Shown: in pieces, positions 10,081 to 22,789 of the stretch
How positions within the stretch are numbered: position 1 is the stretch's first letter
How the letters are laid out: every line of letters starts with the position of its first letter
Source: Paraphysomonas bandaiensis
Taxonomy: Eukaryota; Protista; Chrysophyceae
DNA length: 64,000 bases
Reading direction: 5' to 3'
Assembly (NCBI GenBank): GCA_965644295.1
Contig: CBFFRP010000144.1
Location: 1 to 64,000 of the forward strand
The notes under the pieces: model-generated
Told to the model about the DNA's origin: nothing
Databases searched by the model: none
The model's input: only the letters and a program-made list of their open reading frames with translations
Program-made: the position numbers and the translations under genes

Positions 10081-13000
10081 GGAAGGCGGGTACGTATCTT
10101 GGCGGTATTTTTTTGCACTTTTCAGATGCACTTAAAATAACACTCACTGCATGTCTGATCGCAGTGAAAGCATCATTGGAAACGTAATGATTTTACCCAT
10201 ATTTCATTCTAAGTGACCAACTGCACTCATAATCTGAAGCTTTTGATATTCATCCTCAAAGTGAGCCCCTTAAGAGGTTTTTGACCTCATTTCAGTTTTT
10301 GGTTTTTCAAAATGGCGGGATTTTTCGCTCTCAGATGACTGCAAATCACAGTCACTTTAATTAAATTGGAGTATTTGGAGATGGTCATTGCTCCTAGCGG
10401 CCATGTGGCGATACAGGTAGACTAAATGCATAGTGCTTGACACGATGGTGCTCTTACTTTCAACTGATTCGCAGTATTCATGGTGATAAGTTCTGGTTGG
10501 GGAGGAGGGGTCGATTTCGATACGCCGGCACACCACACCTGCGAATGACCTCAACTGACCTGTAGATATACACTCAACTATTGCTCATTATATGCGCAAT
10601 ACTATCAGCACCCTAATTTGAGTATATGCTCTCCTCTGCGGCATTGTGCATCACATTTCTGAAATAAGCGTGTGTTTAGATTAGCCACACGATAACTCTA
10701 ATGCTGCACCTCTGGAGCGAAATGGAGGCTCTGGTGAATTGAGGAGGAAAGGGGGAGGACTCTGGAGCTGTTTCGGGCTCAGGGTGATGCCCGGATTGAA
10801 AATTCACTATTCTACAGGGGTCAGGGTGAGGCATGCGGAACAGCAGATGTAGACAGTGAAATTCATTGCACGGGGCTCTGCACGCAGTGAAACGTAGAGG
10901 GATCCACATTGACGCAGCCCACCAGCGATCCTTGGCCGAATGTTTTTGGAACTGTGGATGTGGTCAAACCGACTGGTGCTTCCCCCGTCATGACTGATTG
11001 CTATCCTAAACTTTTCAATGGTTGAACACCCAGACTCATAGTGGGTCGACTTTGATCCATGGGACATAGGGTACCCCTCTTGAGGAACAGCGGGAGCTCA
11101 GCAACAGCCTGCACTGGATAAAGGTCAGAGGGAACCTGGCCACCTCAGTATTCATACGATTCATAGTACTTAACCTTGCTCTCCAAATATATGTTATTGA
11201 TGCCGAGTAGTATAGGAGTACTACAAGTGATAGATTAACTAAATTATTATTTTGAATTGTTTTTGTTCTGTTGCATATTTACTAAAATTGTTTCTACTTC
11301 TTAATTTATATTATGTTACACCCATTGAGATTTACTTAAAATCGGACATTGACTGTGTCATAGAAGCTGGCTTAGTTTGGTCAACAAGAAGAAGTGTGTA
11401 GCCATCAGTGTTGAACTTTATTACTTTCATTCAACTCGTAATTAAATTTCACACTGGAGAAAGAAAATATTAAAAATCCAAAACAAAAACGATGTTACGT
11501 AAAATCATACATACGACAGAGTTAAAGTAGATACGAATATGTACTACTGGTTTGTGGTATGTATGCGTTGACTTTGCATAAGCAGAAGTGATTACAATTG
11601 TATGCACTTTATCATGCGAAATATCCAAAGAAAATAAAGGACCGAACAGAATCTCAAAAGAAATAAAGGACCAAGTGGGGTCAAAACAAAATAAGAGACT
11701 CGCAAGTACGCGATTAAATAGCAAGTAACCTACGCCGCATCGATTGGCTCTCGATCTGATTCCGATACAGAAACCTCCTCTCTCTCCACCTCCACTCTCC
11801 CGTGCAGCTGTTTCAACTTGTCAGACATCGGACCTTCGAGCTTGGCTATGAGGTAGGCTTCGTGCCAACCTTTAGCTCAGGATCAATAGGAGTAGTTGCC
11901 TTAGGAAGGACAATTAGTGCGGCTTTTAGAACATCATTATTGGCCGTGCGCCAGTCATATTGCTGGTCGCACACACGTACCAAAAGCGCCTCCAACGCCT
12001 CAACATGTCGGTGATATTCTTCCATCTGGCGGCGCTCCTTTTCGTCCTTACGGCGCTCTTTAGCCTGTTACCCAGAAGGATGTATGCTCACCGTGTCTTG
12101 CAGAGAATCGCCTTTCCCTCCGCTCCTGAAAGAGTTTGAAGGTAGGGAAGGCCCAAGGGTCGAAGCCAATTTCGTCCCAGTTCTCGATATCCTCCAGGTC
12201 TGGCCCATATGACGGGAAGACCCCTTTCTCTATACACTCCCTGAGGTGCTGCGTGAACTTACGGGCCATAGTACTCGCCCGGGTCGAGCAGGCCGCTGCT
12301 GCCCGCTTGTAGGAAAGATCGGATTTCTTCGTCAAAGCGGGCAAACAATTTTCACCAAAGTCAAAAGTGCAGGGTTTGAGAAAGTTGTCTCGAATAATGG
12401 TTTTACTGCATTTTGCATGATCAAGGCATACCGACTCCGGGTATCCTTGCCTCCATTGGCAGTGCGTATAGCACTGGCATGGGCGCGGCAATACTCCCTG
12501 GCTAGGGCTTGCATATGGGCATTGCTATACCTGCACAAATAATTACAAACCGTACACTGTACGCCATCATCCACATCATACTCTTTCATGTACATACCCA
12601 TATCCAGCTTTATCTTGAAGGTCCATCTTCGTAGTCATGGAGTGAAGCAATCCTTTAGGACCAGACAGGAGTAATCCAGCTCCATGATGGCCTTCTGCAG
12701 CACAGAATGGTTCGTTGGATCGTTCCGAAACATATTAAACTCCTTCGTAGTGAGTCCATACAACTCTCGAATGGTGTTCATATCCCGCTCCTGGGTGCGA
12801 ATAGAGACACCGTACTCCGTGAGAACATATTTAGAGCTCTTGCCATCAATTACCCTGGCAATGAGCCCGGCCCTACGCGCTTCAACTGTGTAAACTTTGT
12901 AGCTCTGTTTGACGTCTACCTCAGGGATATTATCGATTGCGCTGATAATCGCCTTTCTGTCGCCATACTGGGGAAGCTGCTCGTCTCTTCGGGAAGATCC

Positions 13001-13415
13001 GGCAAAGCCTCCAACACCAAATTAACCTTTCGCTTGTGAGGTACATTTCCTGGAAGCACACCATACTGCTTGGCACGCTTAACCTCAATCACAACATCCT
13101 TTTTCCCCAATGGGGGCAGTGTGACTTCGTCCATACGACTGTCTGTATGAGTATGAGTGATTCGGGGTCGCTGTGGACGTCCTCGCATCATACTCGATCA
13201 ATTCTACATGAAAATCAGATCAGACGACGTCATCATGAGCAGTGATTACTGTTTACTGTACCTGATACAATTATATATAATGTAATTCTTGTATAAGTAT
13301 GTGGGGTTGGTTTATAGTAAGATTTAAGGTGGAACAATGGTGGATTGACACACGAAAACCCGCCATTTTCAAAAACCTAAAAAAGAAAACCCGCCAAGAT
13401 AGATACCCGCCTTCC
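10081..13415 (-). mobile_element. pogo/Tc1-mariner-like TIR DNA transposon, internally deleted
   Basis: TIRs GGAAGGCGGGTA..TATCTTGGCGG (23/25 match), flanking TA on both sides, transposase remnant IENWDEIGFD (first Asp of DDE_1 type). Confidence 0.8.
11750..13134 (-). pseudogene. Degenerate pogo-like transposase
   Basis: HTH-like segment (SKYVLTEYGVSIRTQERD) and NWDEIGF motif. The catalytic domain is cut off after FWVTG and there are frameshifts. Boundaries are approximate. Confidence 0.6.
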
Positions 13416-13500
13416 TAGTCATACATGATTCTTATATGCATAATAATCTTTATATTCCTAGTCAAGGGCTTTTCTTGTTGTCTCGCGTAGTTCCATCACA

Positions 13501-13937
13501 GTATGTATGTATGTATGTATGTATGTATGTATGTATGTATGTATGTATGTATGTATGTATGTATGTATGTATGTATGTATGTATGTATGTATGTATGTAT
13601 GTATGTATGTATGTATGTATGTATGTATGTATGTATGTATGTATGTATGTATGTATGTATGTATGTATGTATGTATGTATGTATGTATGTATGTATGTAT
13701 GTATGTATGTATGTATGTATGTATGTATGTATGTATGTATGTATGTATGTATGTATGTATGTATGTATGTATGTATGTATGTATGTATGTATGTATGTAT
13801 GTATGTATGTATGTATGTATGTATGTATGTATGTATGTATGTATGTATGTATGTATGTATGTATGTATGTATGTATGTATGTATGTATGTATGTATGTAT
13901 GTATGTATGTATGTATGTATGTATGTATGTATGTATG
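13501..13937. repeat. (GTAT)n microsatellite, ~109 perfect copies
   Basis: Directly visible. Confidence 0.99.
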
Positions 13938-14020
13938 TTGGAGGTGGTGTAGGTCTCTGGAGGTATCAGTGTTGCAGGGCTCTTCTCTTCAATAAAGCTG
14001 TGCACCCCTTAAGGAAGAGC

Positions 14021-17000
14021 ATGTCGTCGTCCCTCAGTAGTGTGTTATTATTTTTAATCGTCTGCACATCAGCAGAGATCATATCATATAAGTATACGCC
14101 CCGCCCTGTACCTGCCCCCTCTAACTCCCTCCCCCCCACCTCTCTCTGTATGCAGCAACCTCATCGAGTCAGGAAAGCCTTATTTTGTGGAGATCCCAAA
14201 GTTCGCTCCAGCAGATGTGCCACACTGGTCCCCGGGCAAAGGACACAACACCATAGGTACATGCTGTGTATGATATGATACTATACTATAGGTACATGCT
14301 GTGTATGATATGATACTATACTATAGGTACATGCTGTGTATGATATGATACTATACTATAGGTACATGCTGTGTATGATATGATACTATACTATAGGTAC
14401 ATGCTGTGTATGATATGATACTATACTATAGGTACATGCTGTGTATGATATGATACTATACTATAGGTACATGCTGTGTATGATATGATACTATACTATA
14501 TGTACATGCTGTGTATGATATGATACTATACTATAGGTACATGCTGTGTATGATATGATACTATACTATAGGTACATGCTGTGTATGATATGATACTATA
14601 CTATATGTACATGCTGTGTATGATATGATACTATACTATAGGTACATGCTGTGTATGATATGATACTATACTATAGGTACATGCTGTGTATGATATGATA
14701 CTATACTATAGGTACATGCTGTGTATGATATGATACTATACTATAGGTACATGCTGTGTATGATATGATACTATACTATAGGTACATGCTGTGTATGATA
14801 TGATACTATACTATAGGTACATGCTGTGTATGATATGATACTATACTATAGGTACATGCTGTGTATGATATGATACTATACTATAGGTACATGCTGTGTA
14901 TGATATGATACTATACTATAGGTACATGCTGTGTATGATATGATACTATACTATAGGTACATGCTGTGTATGATATGATACTATAATATAGGTACATGCT
15001 GTGTATGTGCTGCATATGATATGATACTATAGGTACATGCTGTGTATGTGCTGCATATGATATGATACTATACTATAGGTACATGCTGTGTATGATATGA
15101 TATTATACTATATGTACATGCTGTGTATGATATGATACTATACTATATGTACATGCTGTGTATGATATGATACTATACTATAGGTACATGCTGTGTATGA
15201 TATGATACTATACTATAGGTACATGCTGTGTATGATATGATACTATACTATAGGTACATGCTGTGTATGTGCTGCATATGATATGATACTATACTATAGG
15301 TACATGCTGTGTATGATATGATACTATACTATAGGTACATGCTGTGTATGATATGATACTATACTATATGTACATGCTGTGTATGATATGATACTATACT
15401 ATAGGTACATGCTGTGTATGATATGATACTATAATATAGGTACATGCTGTGTATGATATGATACTATAATATAGGTACATGCTGTGTATGATATGATACT
15501 ATACTATAGGTTGTTGTGTATGATATGATACTATACTATAGGTACATGCTGTGTATGATATGGTACTATACTATATGCACATGCTGTGTATGATATGATA
15601 CTATACTATACGCGCATGCTGTGTATGTGCTGCATATGATATGATACTATACTATAGGTACATGCTGTGTATGTGCTGCGTATGATATGATACTATACTA
15701 TAGGTACATGCTGTGTATGATATGATACTATACTATAGGTACATGCTGTGTATGATATGATACTATACTATAGGTACATGCTGTGTATGATATGATACTA
15801 TACTATAGGTACATGCTGTGTATGATATGATACTATACTATATGTACATGCTGTGTATGATATGATACTATACTATAGGTTGTTGTGTATGATATGATAC
15901 TATACTATAGGTACATGCTGTGTATGATATGGTACTATACTATAGGCACATGCTGTGTATGATATGATACTATACTATACGCGCATGCTGTGTATGTGCT
16001 GCATATGATATGATACTATACTATAGGTACATGCTGTGTATGTGCTGCGTATGATATGATACTATACTATAGGTACATGCTGTGTATGATATGATACTAT
16101 ACTATAGGTACATGCTGTGTATGATATGATACTATACTATAGGTACATGCTGTGTATGATATGATACTATACTATAGGTACATGCTGTGTATGATATGAT
16201 ACTATACTATATGTACATGCTGTGTATGATATGATACTATACTATAGGTTGTTGTGTATGATATGATACTATACTATAGGTACATGCTGTGTATGATATG
16301 GTACTATACTATAGGCACATGCTGTGTATGATATGATACTATACTATACGCGCATGCTGTGTATGTGCTGCATATGATATGATACTATACTATAGGTACA
16401 TGCTGTGTATGTGCTGCATATGATATGATACTATACTATAGGTACATGCTGTGTATGATATGATACTATACTATATGTACATGCTGTGTATGATATGATA
16501 CTATACTATAGGTACATGCTGTGTATGATATGATACTATAATATAGGTACATGCTGTGTATGATATGATACTATAATATAGGTACATGCTGTGTATGATA
16601 TGCTACTATACTATAGTTTGTTGTGTATGATATGATACTATACTATAGGTACATGCTGTGTATGATATGGTACTATACTATAGGCACATGCTGTGTATGA
16701 TATGATACTATACTATAGGCGCATGCTGTGTATGTGCTGCATATGATATGATACTATACTATAGGTACATGCTGTGTATGTGCTGCATATGATATGATAC
16801 TATACGATAGGTACATGCTGTGTATGTGCTGCATATGATATGATACTATACTATAGGTACATGCTGTGTATGATATGATACTATACTATAGGTACATGCT
16901 GTGTATGATATGATACTATACTATAGGTACATGCTGTGTATGATATGATACTATACTATAGGTACATGCTGTGTATGATATGATACTATACTATAGGTAC

Positions 17001-20000
17001 ATGCTGTGTATGTGCTGCATATGATATGATACTATACTATAGGTACATGCTGTGTATGATATGATACTATACTATAGGTACATGCTGTGTATGATATGAT
17101 ACTATACTATATGTACATGCTGTGTATGATATGATACTATACTATAGGTACATGCTGTGTATGATATGATACTATAATATAGGTACATGCTGTGTATGAT
17201 ATGATACTATAATATAGGTACATGCTGTGTATGATATGATACTATACTATAGGTTGTTGTGTATGATATGATACTATACTATAGGTACATGCTGTGTATG
17301 ATATGGTACTATACTATAGGCACATGCTGTGTATGATATGATACTATACTATAGGTACATGCTGTGTATGTGCTGCGTATGATATGATACTATACTATAG
17401 GTACATGCTGTGTATGATATGATACTATACTATAGGTACATGCTGTGTATGATATGATACTATACTATAGGTACATGCTGTGTATGATATGATACTATAC
17501 TATAGGTACATGCTGTGTATGATATGATACTATACTATATGTACATGCTGTGTATGATATGATACTATACTATAGGTTGTTGTGTATGATATGATACTAT
17601 ACTATAGGTACATGCTGTGTATGATATGATACTATAATATAGGTACATGCTGTGTATGATATGATACTATACTATAGGTTGTTGTGTATGATATGATACT
17701 ATACTATAGGTACATGCTGTGTATGATATGATACTATACTATATGTACATGCTGTGTATGATATGATACTATACTATAGGTACATGCTGTGTATGATATG
17801 ATACTATAATATAGGTACATGCTGTGTATGATATGATACTATAATATAGGTACATGCTGTGTATGATATGATACTATACTATAGGTTGTTGTGTATGATA
17901 TGATACTATACTATAGGTACATGCTGTGTATGATATGGTACTATACTATAGGCACATGCTGTGTATGATATGATACTATACTATAGGTACATGCTGTGTA
18001 TGTGCTGCGTATGATATGATACTATACTATAGGTACATGCTGTGTATGATATGATACTATACTATAGGTACATGCTGTGTATGATATGATACTATACTAT
18101 AGGTACATGCTGTGTATGATATGATACTATACTATAGGTACATGCTGTGTATGATATGATACTATACTATATGTACATGCTGTGTATGATATGATACTAT
18201 ACTATAGGTTGTTGTGTATGATATGATACTATACTATAGGTACATGCTGTGTATGATATGGTACTATACTATAGGCACATGCTGTGTATGATATGATACT
18301 ATACTATACGCGCATGCTGTGTATGTGCTGCATATGATATGATACTATACTATAGGTACATGCTGTGTATGTGCTGCATATGATATGATACTATACTATA
18401 GGTACATGCTGTGTATGATATGATACTATACTATATGTACATGCTGTGTATGATATGATACTATACTATAGGTACATGCTGTGTATGATATGATACTATA
18501 ATATAGGTACATGCTGTGTATGATATGATACTATAATATAGGTACATGCTGTGTATGATATGCTACTATACTATAGTTTGTTGTGTATGATATGATACTA
18601 TACTATAGGTACATGCTGTGTATGATATGGTACTATACTATAGGCACATGCTGTGTATGATATGATACTATACTATAGGCGCATGCTGTGTATGTGCTGC
18701 ATATGATATGATACTATACTATAGGTACATGCTGTGTATGTGCTGCATATGATATGATACTATACTATAGGTACATGCTGTGTATGATATGATACTATAC
18801 TATATGTACATGCTGTGTATGATATGATACTATACTATATGTACATGCTGTGTATGATATGATACTCTACTATAGGTACATGCTGTGTATGATATGATAC
18901 TATACTATACGCGCATGCTGTGTATGTGCTGCATATGATACTATACTATACTATAGGTACATGCTGTGTATGTGCTGCATATGATATGATACTATACTAT
19001 AGGTACATGCTGTGTATGATATGATACTATACTATATGTACATGCTGTGTATGATATGATACTATACTATACTATATGTACATGCTGTGTATGATATGAT
19101 ACTATACTATAGGTACATGCTGTGTATGATATGATACTATACTATACGCGCATGCTGTGTATGTGCTGCATATGATACTATACTATACTATAGGTACATG
19201 CTGTGTATGTGCTGCATATGGTATGATACTGTAGTATAGGTATATGCTGTGTATGTGCTGCGTATGATATGGTACTATACTATAGGCACATGCTGTGTAT
19301 GTGCTGCATATGGTATGATACTATACTATAGTATAGGTACATGCTGTGTGTATGTACCGCATATGAAGTAGTAGCTTCTATAGTTGTGGTATCTGTGACT
19401 AGAGGTTGCATCGTTTGACTTAATCGGCTTGCATATGCTAATATGTCTCCAGATGCATCGCGATTGTCTATTCGCAATGTTTGTCAGGATAGAGATAATT
19501 GTTTTGGTGCCCTGGAGTTCATGATATTTCTTGCGCCCATTGAAACTGGGAAGCCCTGGGTTGAGGCTTGGGATGATTCGGAAATGTGCTGCACTAGTGA
19601 AATGGCAGACGAGGGCCTGTAGGTTGCTTCATCAAGTTGTGTTATATCTAAACTTTCAATTCGATAGGTGCGGAGCGATGGAAGTAAACACCCTCATTAC
19701 TCCTCCTTCAATAAAGGACTCATTCAAACAAACTATTTCGCTTGAGGGAAAAGCGCAAACTTCATTAGACAACGTAAGTGTATGTATTGTTTGGTGCAAG
19801 TATGACACTTCAAAAGGATGCCGAGCTCGATGTATCGGTGAAGCGAAAGGGTATATACGTTGTCATGTTTGCCGTCTGTGATCCGAAATCTGCTCCGGTA
19901 CAGATCGAGGGATACATAGAGAGTATGAACCCATGTAAGCAATGTATTCAACACCGGCATTCTCCTCTGAACACTCTTGTATTATGTGGTAGATGGATAC

Positions 20001-21068
20001 ACACCTGCAGATAGCTTTGCTGATATCCCCTTCTATGGTACACTCTCTGGCTTATATCTGGTCTTTGGTATCGGGTGGCTCATATGTTGTACCCTTCATA
20101 GGTGAGTTGTAGAATATTCAACTGCTTAATGACTGACGAGATGCTCTGGCAGTGAGGAACTTATCTCCCTGCAGTACTGGATCACTGGTGCCCTCGCCCT
20201 GGGAATGATAGAGACGACGCTTCTTTTCACGCACTTCCTTGTTTGGAATGAACATGGAGTAGTCGAGGCAGGCTTGCTGGGGACAGGACTTATAGTTGGG
20301 GTGACCAAGAGGGCAGTGTCTAGAGTGGTGGTGTTGGTGAGTGTCTCACAATAATCGATTTGGTGTTTTCCTATTCCGTAAATCTCACTGTCTATATAGC
20401 TCGTGTCGATGGGATGGGGCGTAGTGCGGCAGTCTATAGGGGAAGATATGAAAAGAGTTCTCTACCTGGGTGCTGCGTATGCCGTACTCTCCAGTATTTA
20501 TACCATGGCCGCATCTATGCCAAAGAGCGCAAAGTATGTGGGAGATCCCGAGTTTGAGAACATGTTCTCCCTCGTCGTGATGCTTCTAGCGACTGTAGAC
20601 ACCACTTTCTATATGTGGACAATATCGTCGCTCAATAACTTGATTATCACACTACGGGCTAGGAAACAGACAGCAAAACTCGACCTTTACTGTAAATTTC
20701 GGTATGTTTTGTTTGCGTCTGTGACTCTAGCTGTCTTCTGGGCAACGTACGGTGCATGGCTCGTTGCTGGAGATGTCGCCGAGCGTAATTGGGACCAGCG
20801 ATGGAGCATTGATGCCTGCTCAGAAGTTATTTATTGGACGATATTTGTTGCCATAGCTATTTTGTGGGCACCGTACCGCAATAATCAGCGGTATGTTAGC
20901 TATGTCGAGCTCTCACAAGTGACATCCGAAGATGGGGAAGATGGAAGCGGGAAGAATTACAGCAGTGAAGATGAACTTGACGATGAATATGGGGGGCCAA
21001 TAGAGGAGGACCCTTTCCAAGGAACGGGGGCACTGGACCCAGCAATGGCAGTCATGAAAAAAAATTAA
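14021..21068 (+). CDS. TMEM87/GPR107-like (lung seven-transmembrane receptor, GOST family), multi-exon
   Basis: Signal peptide exon 14021-14091; exon 14156-14256 (VPHWSPGKGHNTI); exon from 19453 (DASRLSIRNVC..MCCTSEM); MNP-GY motif, LQYWIT, KRAVSR, and a 7TM C-terminus KLDLYCKF..LWAPYRNNQRY. Frames are consistent across the GT-AG introns that were checked. Confidence 0.88.
14252..19345. repeat. 35-bp minisatellite (CTATACTATAGGTACATGCTGTGTATGATATGATA), ~140 units, inside intron 14257-19452
   Basis: Directly visible, with ~46-bp and ~32-bp variant units. Confidence 0.98.
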
Positions 21069-21507
21069 TATTGTGGTAACATCAGGAAGGGCACATTTCA
21101 TGGTGAATGTAGGTGTCGATAGCATGTAACAATAAAAATAACTTGAGCTTCAGTGATTAATATAATAATTGTATATTTAGTTTCATATACTTCAAATGTT
21201 CCAATATATCTTAATATATAGATGAAAAAAGAATAGTATTCACTTTACACAGGAACACTAATAATCCCTTGCACTTCGAAATTAATTTTCCATTCAACTG
21301 TTTCTACGCTTTCTCACGTGTTCGGTTTTTGTTGCCTCTGCCGAATTTGGTATGACTAGGTGAGTCCACTATATTAACTAGCAGGTTTTCGTAACAATTA
21401 GTGGTTTTAATATTTAAAATGATAATTACTATATTTGTTCTGATTATTGTTATGCGTTGTTACTATACACTGTACTAACTGTGTATGTATGATGGTGTAG
21501 GAGAAGT

Positions 21508-22308
21508 GCAACGGGAAGAAGAATGTCGTCAACATTCGTGGCGACATATCCAACGACGACCCGGAGGCGGAGGAAGAGATACCACTAAAGCGCACGAGCA
21601 GGGTAAGTAATACTGCTCATATAAAGATGATGACGGGGCCGTAGTTTGTATATATGCGATATTGTTCTGATTATTGTTATGCGTTGTTACTATACACTGT
21701 ACTAACTGTGTATGTATGATGTGGTGTAGGCAGGGCTGCGTAACAATTAATTGAATTGCAATGAACAGTACCTATGACCAGTAGCTCTGTAGCTCTACAG
21801 CTGAGGATGCTATATAATAAAGAGTCAACATATTAATAGGAATTATTTGCAACATTTATCAATAATTGTAATAAGAGTCGAGGTAATACCAATACCTGGT
21901 AAAGCGATTTCACCAGGTTTCATATCTAAGTATTGAAGTATTATTTTACTGTAATTTGTATCTGAGAGGTTAAAGATAAAGAAAAAGTCGCAAGTATAGT
22001 TGTTGTTAGCAGTATTTATTGCGTTACAAGTTGGCCCTGCTACTTGTGTTTTGTAATATCATATTCTCATATATTAAGCAGGTGGAGGATCATTCGCAGG
22101 TAGTGGATCATCATTTCTTCTCATAAAAAGATCACGAAGTTCAGCAACAGTGGGAGGTAACAGATCTGCTTTCTGCTGGGATTCGACGGCCCCGTCATCA
22201 TCTTACTTACTTACCCTGCTCGTGCGCTTTCGTGGTATCTCTTCCTCCGCCTCCGGGTCGTCGTTGGATATGTCGCCACGAATGTTGACGACATTCTTCT
22301 TCCCGTTG
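21508..22308. repeat. Inverted repeat pair, ~100-130 bp arms (21508-21641 / 22187-22308)
   Basis: CAACGGGAAGAAGAATG...GGGTAAGTAA and its reverse complement. The ORF track shows the same peptide on both strands. Confidence 0.9.
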
Positions 22309-22789
22309 TTTGTACATAGTGTTGCATATATTCACACACTCTCTACTGTATTTTTTTTCAGAGCTTGTGGTTTAGTTCATAGCTGAGTACAGCAAGATAA
22401 TTTTTAACAGTAGATTCGTGTAACGATATTATTATTCACCGAATTATCCCCCTATGCTCTATGCTGTGTCTCCCTACATGCGACTTGAAATACCGTTCAA
22501 CTAAAGATTCTTACCCTGCTGCACACTCAACATAAAAAGTACACACATCGTGCTCATGTTATATTATATACCAGTCTACAGTCTACAGTACCAGTTTAAT
22601 GACTTCCGATCTCTATTACAATAGTACACCCTTACAACAAACACTGTATATAAATAGGTGAATATTATCAGGACCTATGTGGCCCGTCATTCATAACACC
22701 AGCAAACTAACGATACACAAAGCTAGCGCGCAGCATTCCACAATTGCTATACATAAACAACTATCGCAAGAAGGCTACGCGGCCTTTCC

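Larger units (their letters stand above)
9972..13500 (+). repeat. Probable 3' LTR of element B (~190 bp: 9972-10080 plus 13418-13500), interrupted by a DNA transposon
   Basis: PPT AAGAAAAAAGGGGAAGGGG (9950-9968) precedes TGTGGCA. The sequence resumes after the TIR element and ends ...CCATCACA at the microsatellite. Confidence 0.6.

Noticed and set aside
13436-14278. ORFs of YVCM/IHTY repeats
   Set aside because: Translations of the (GTAT)n microsatellite. The real CDS starts at 14021 and is spliced.
14252-19345. CRISPR-like periodic array
   Set aside because: No unique spacers, no cas genes, and an intronic eukaryotic context.
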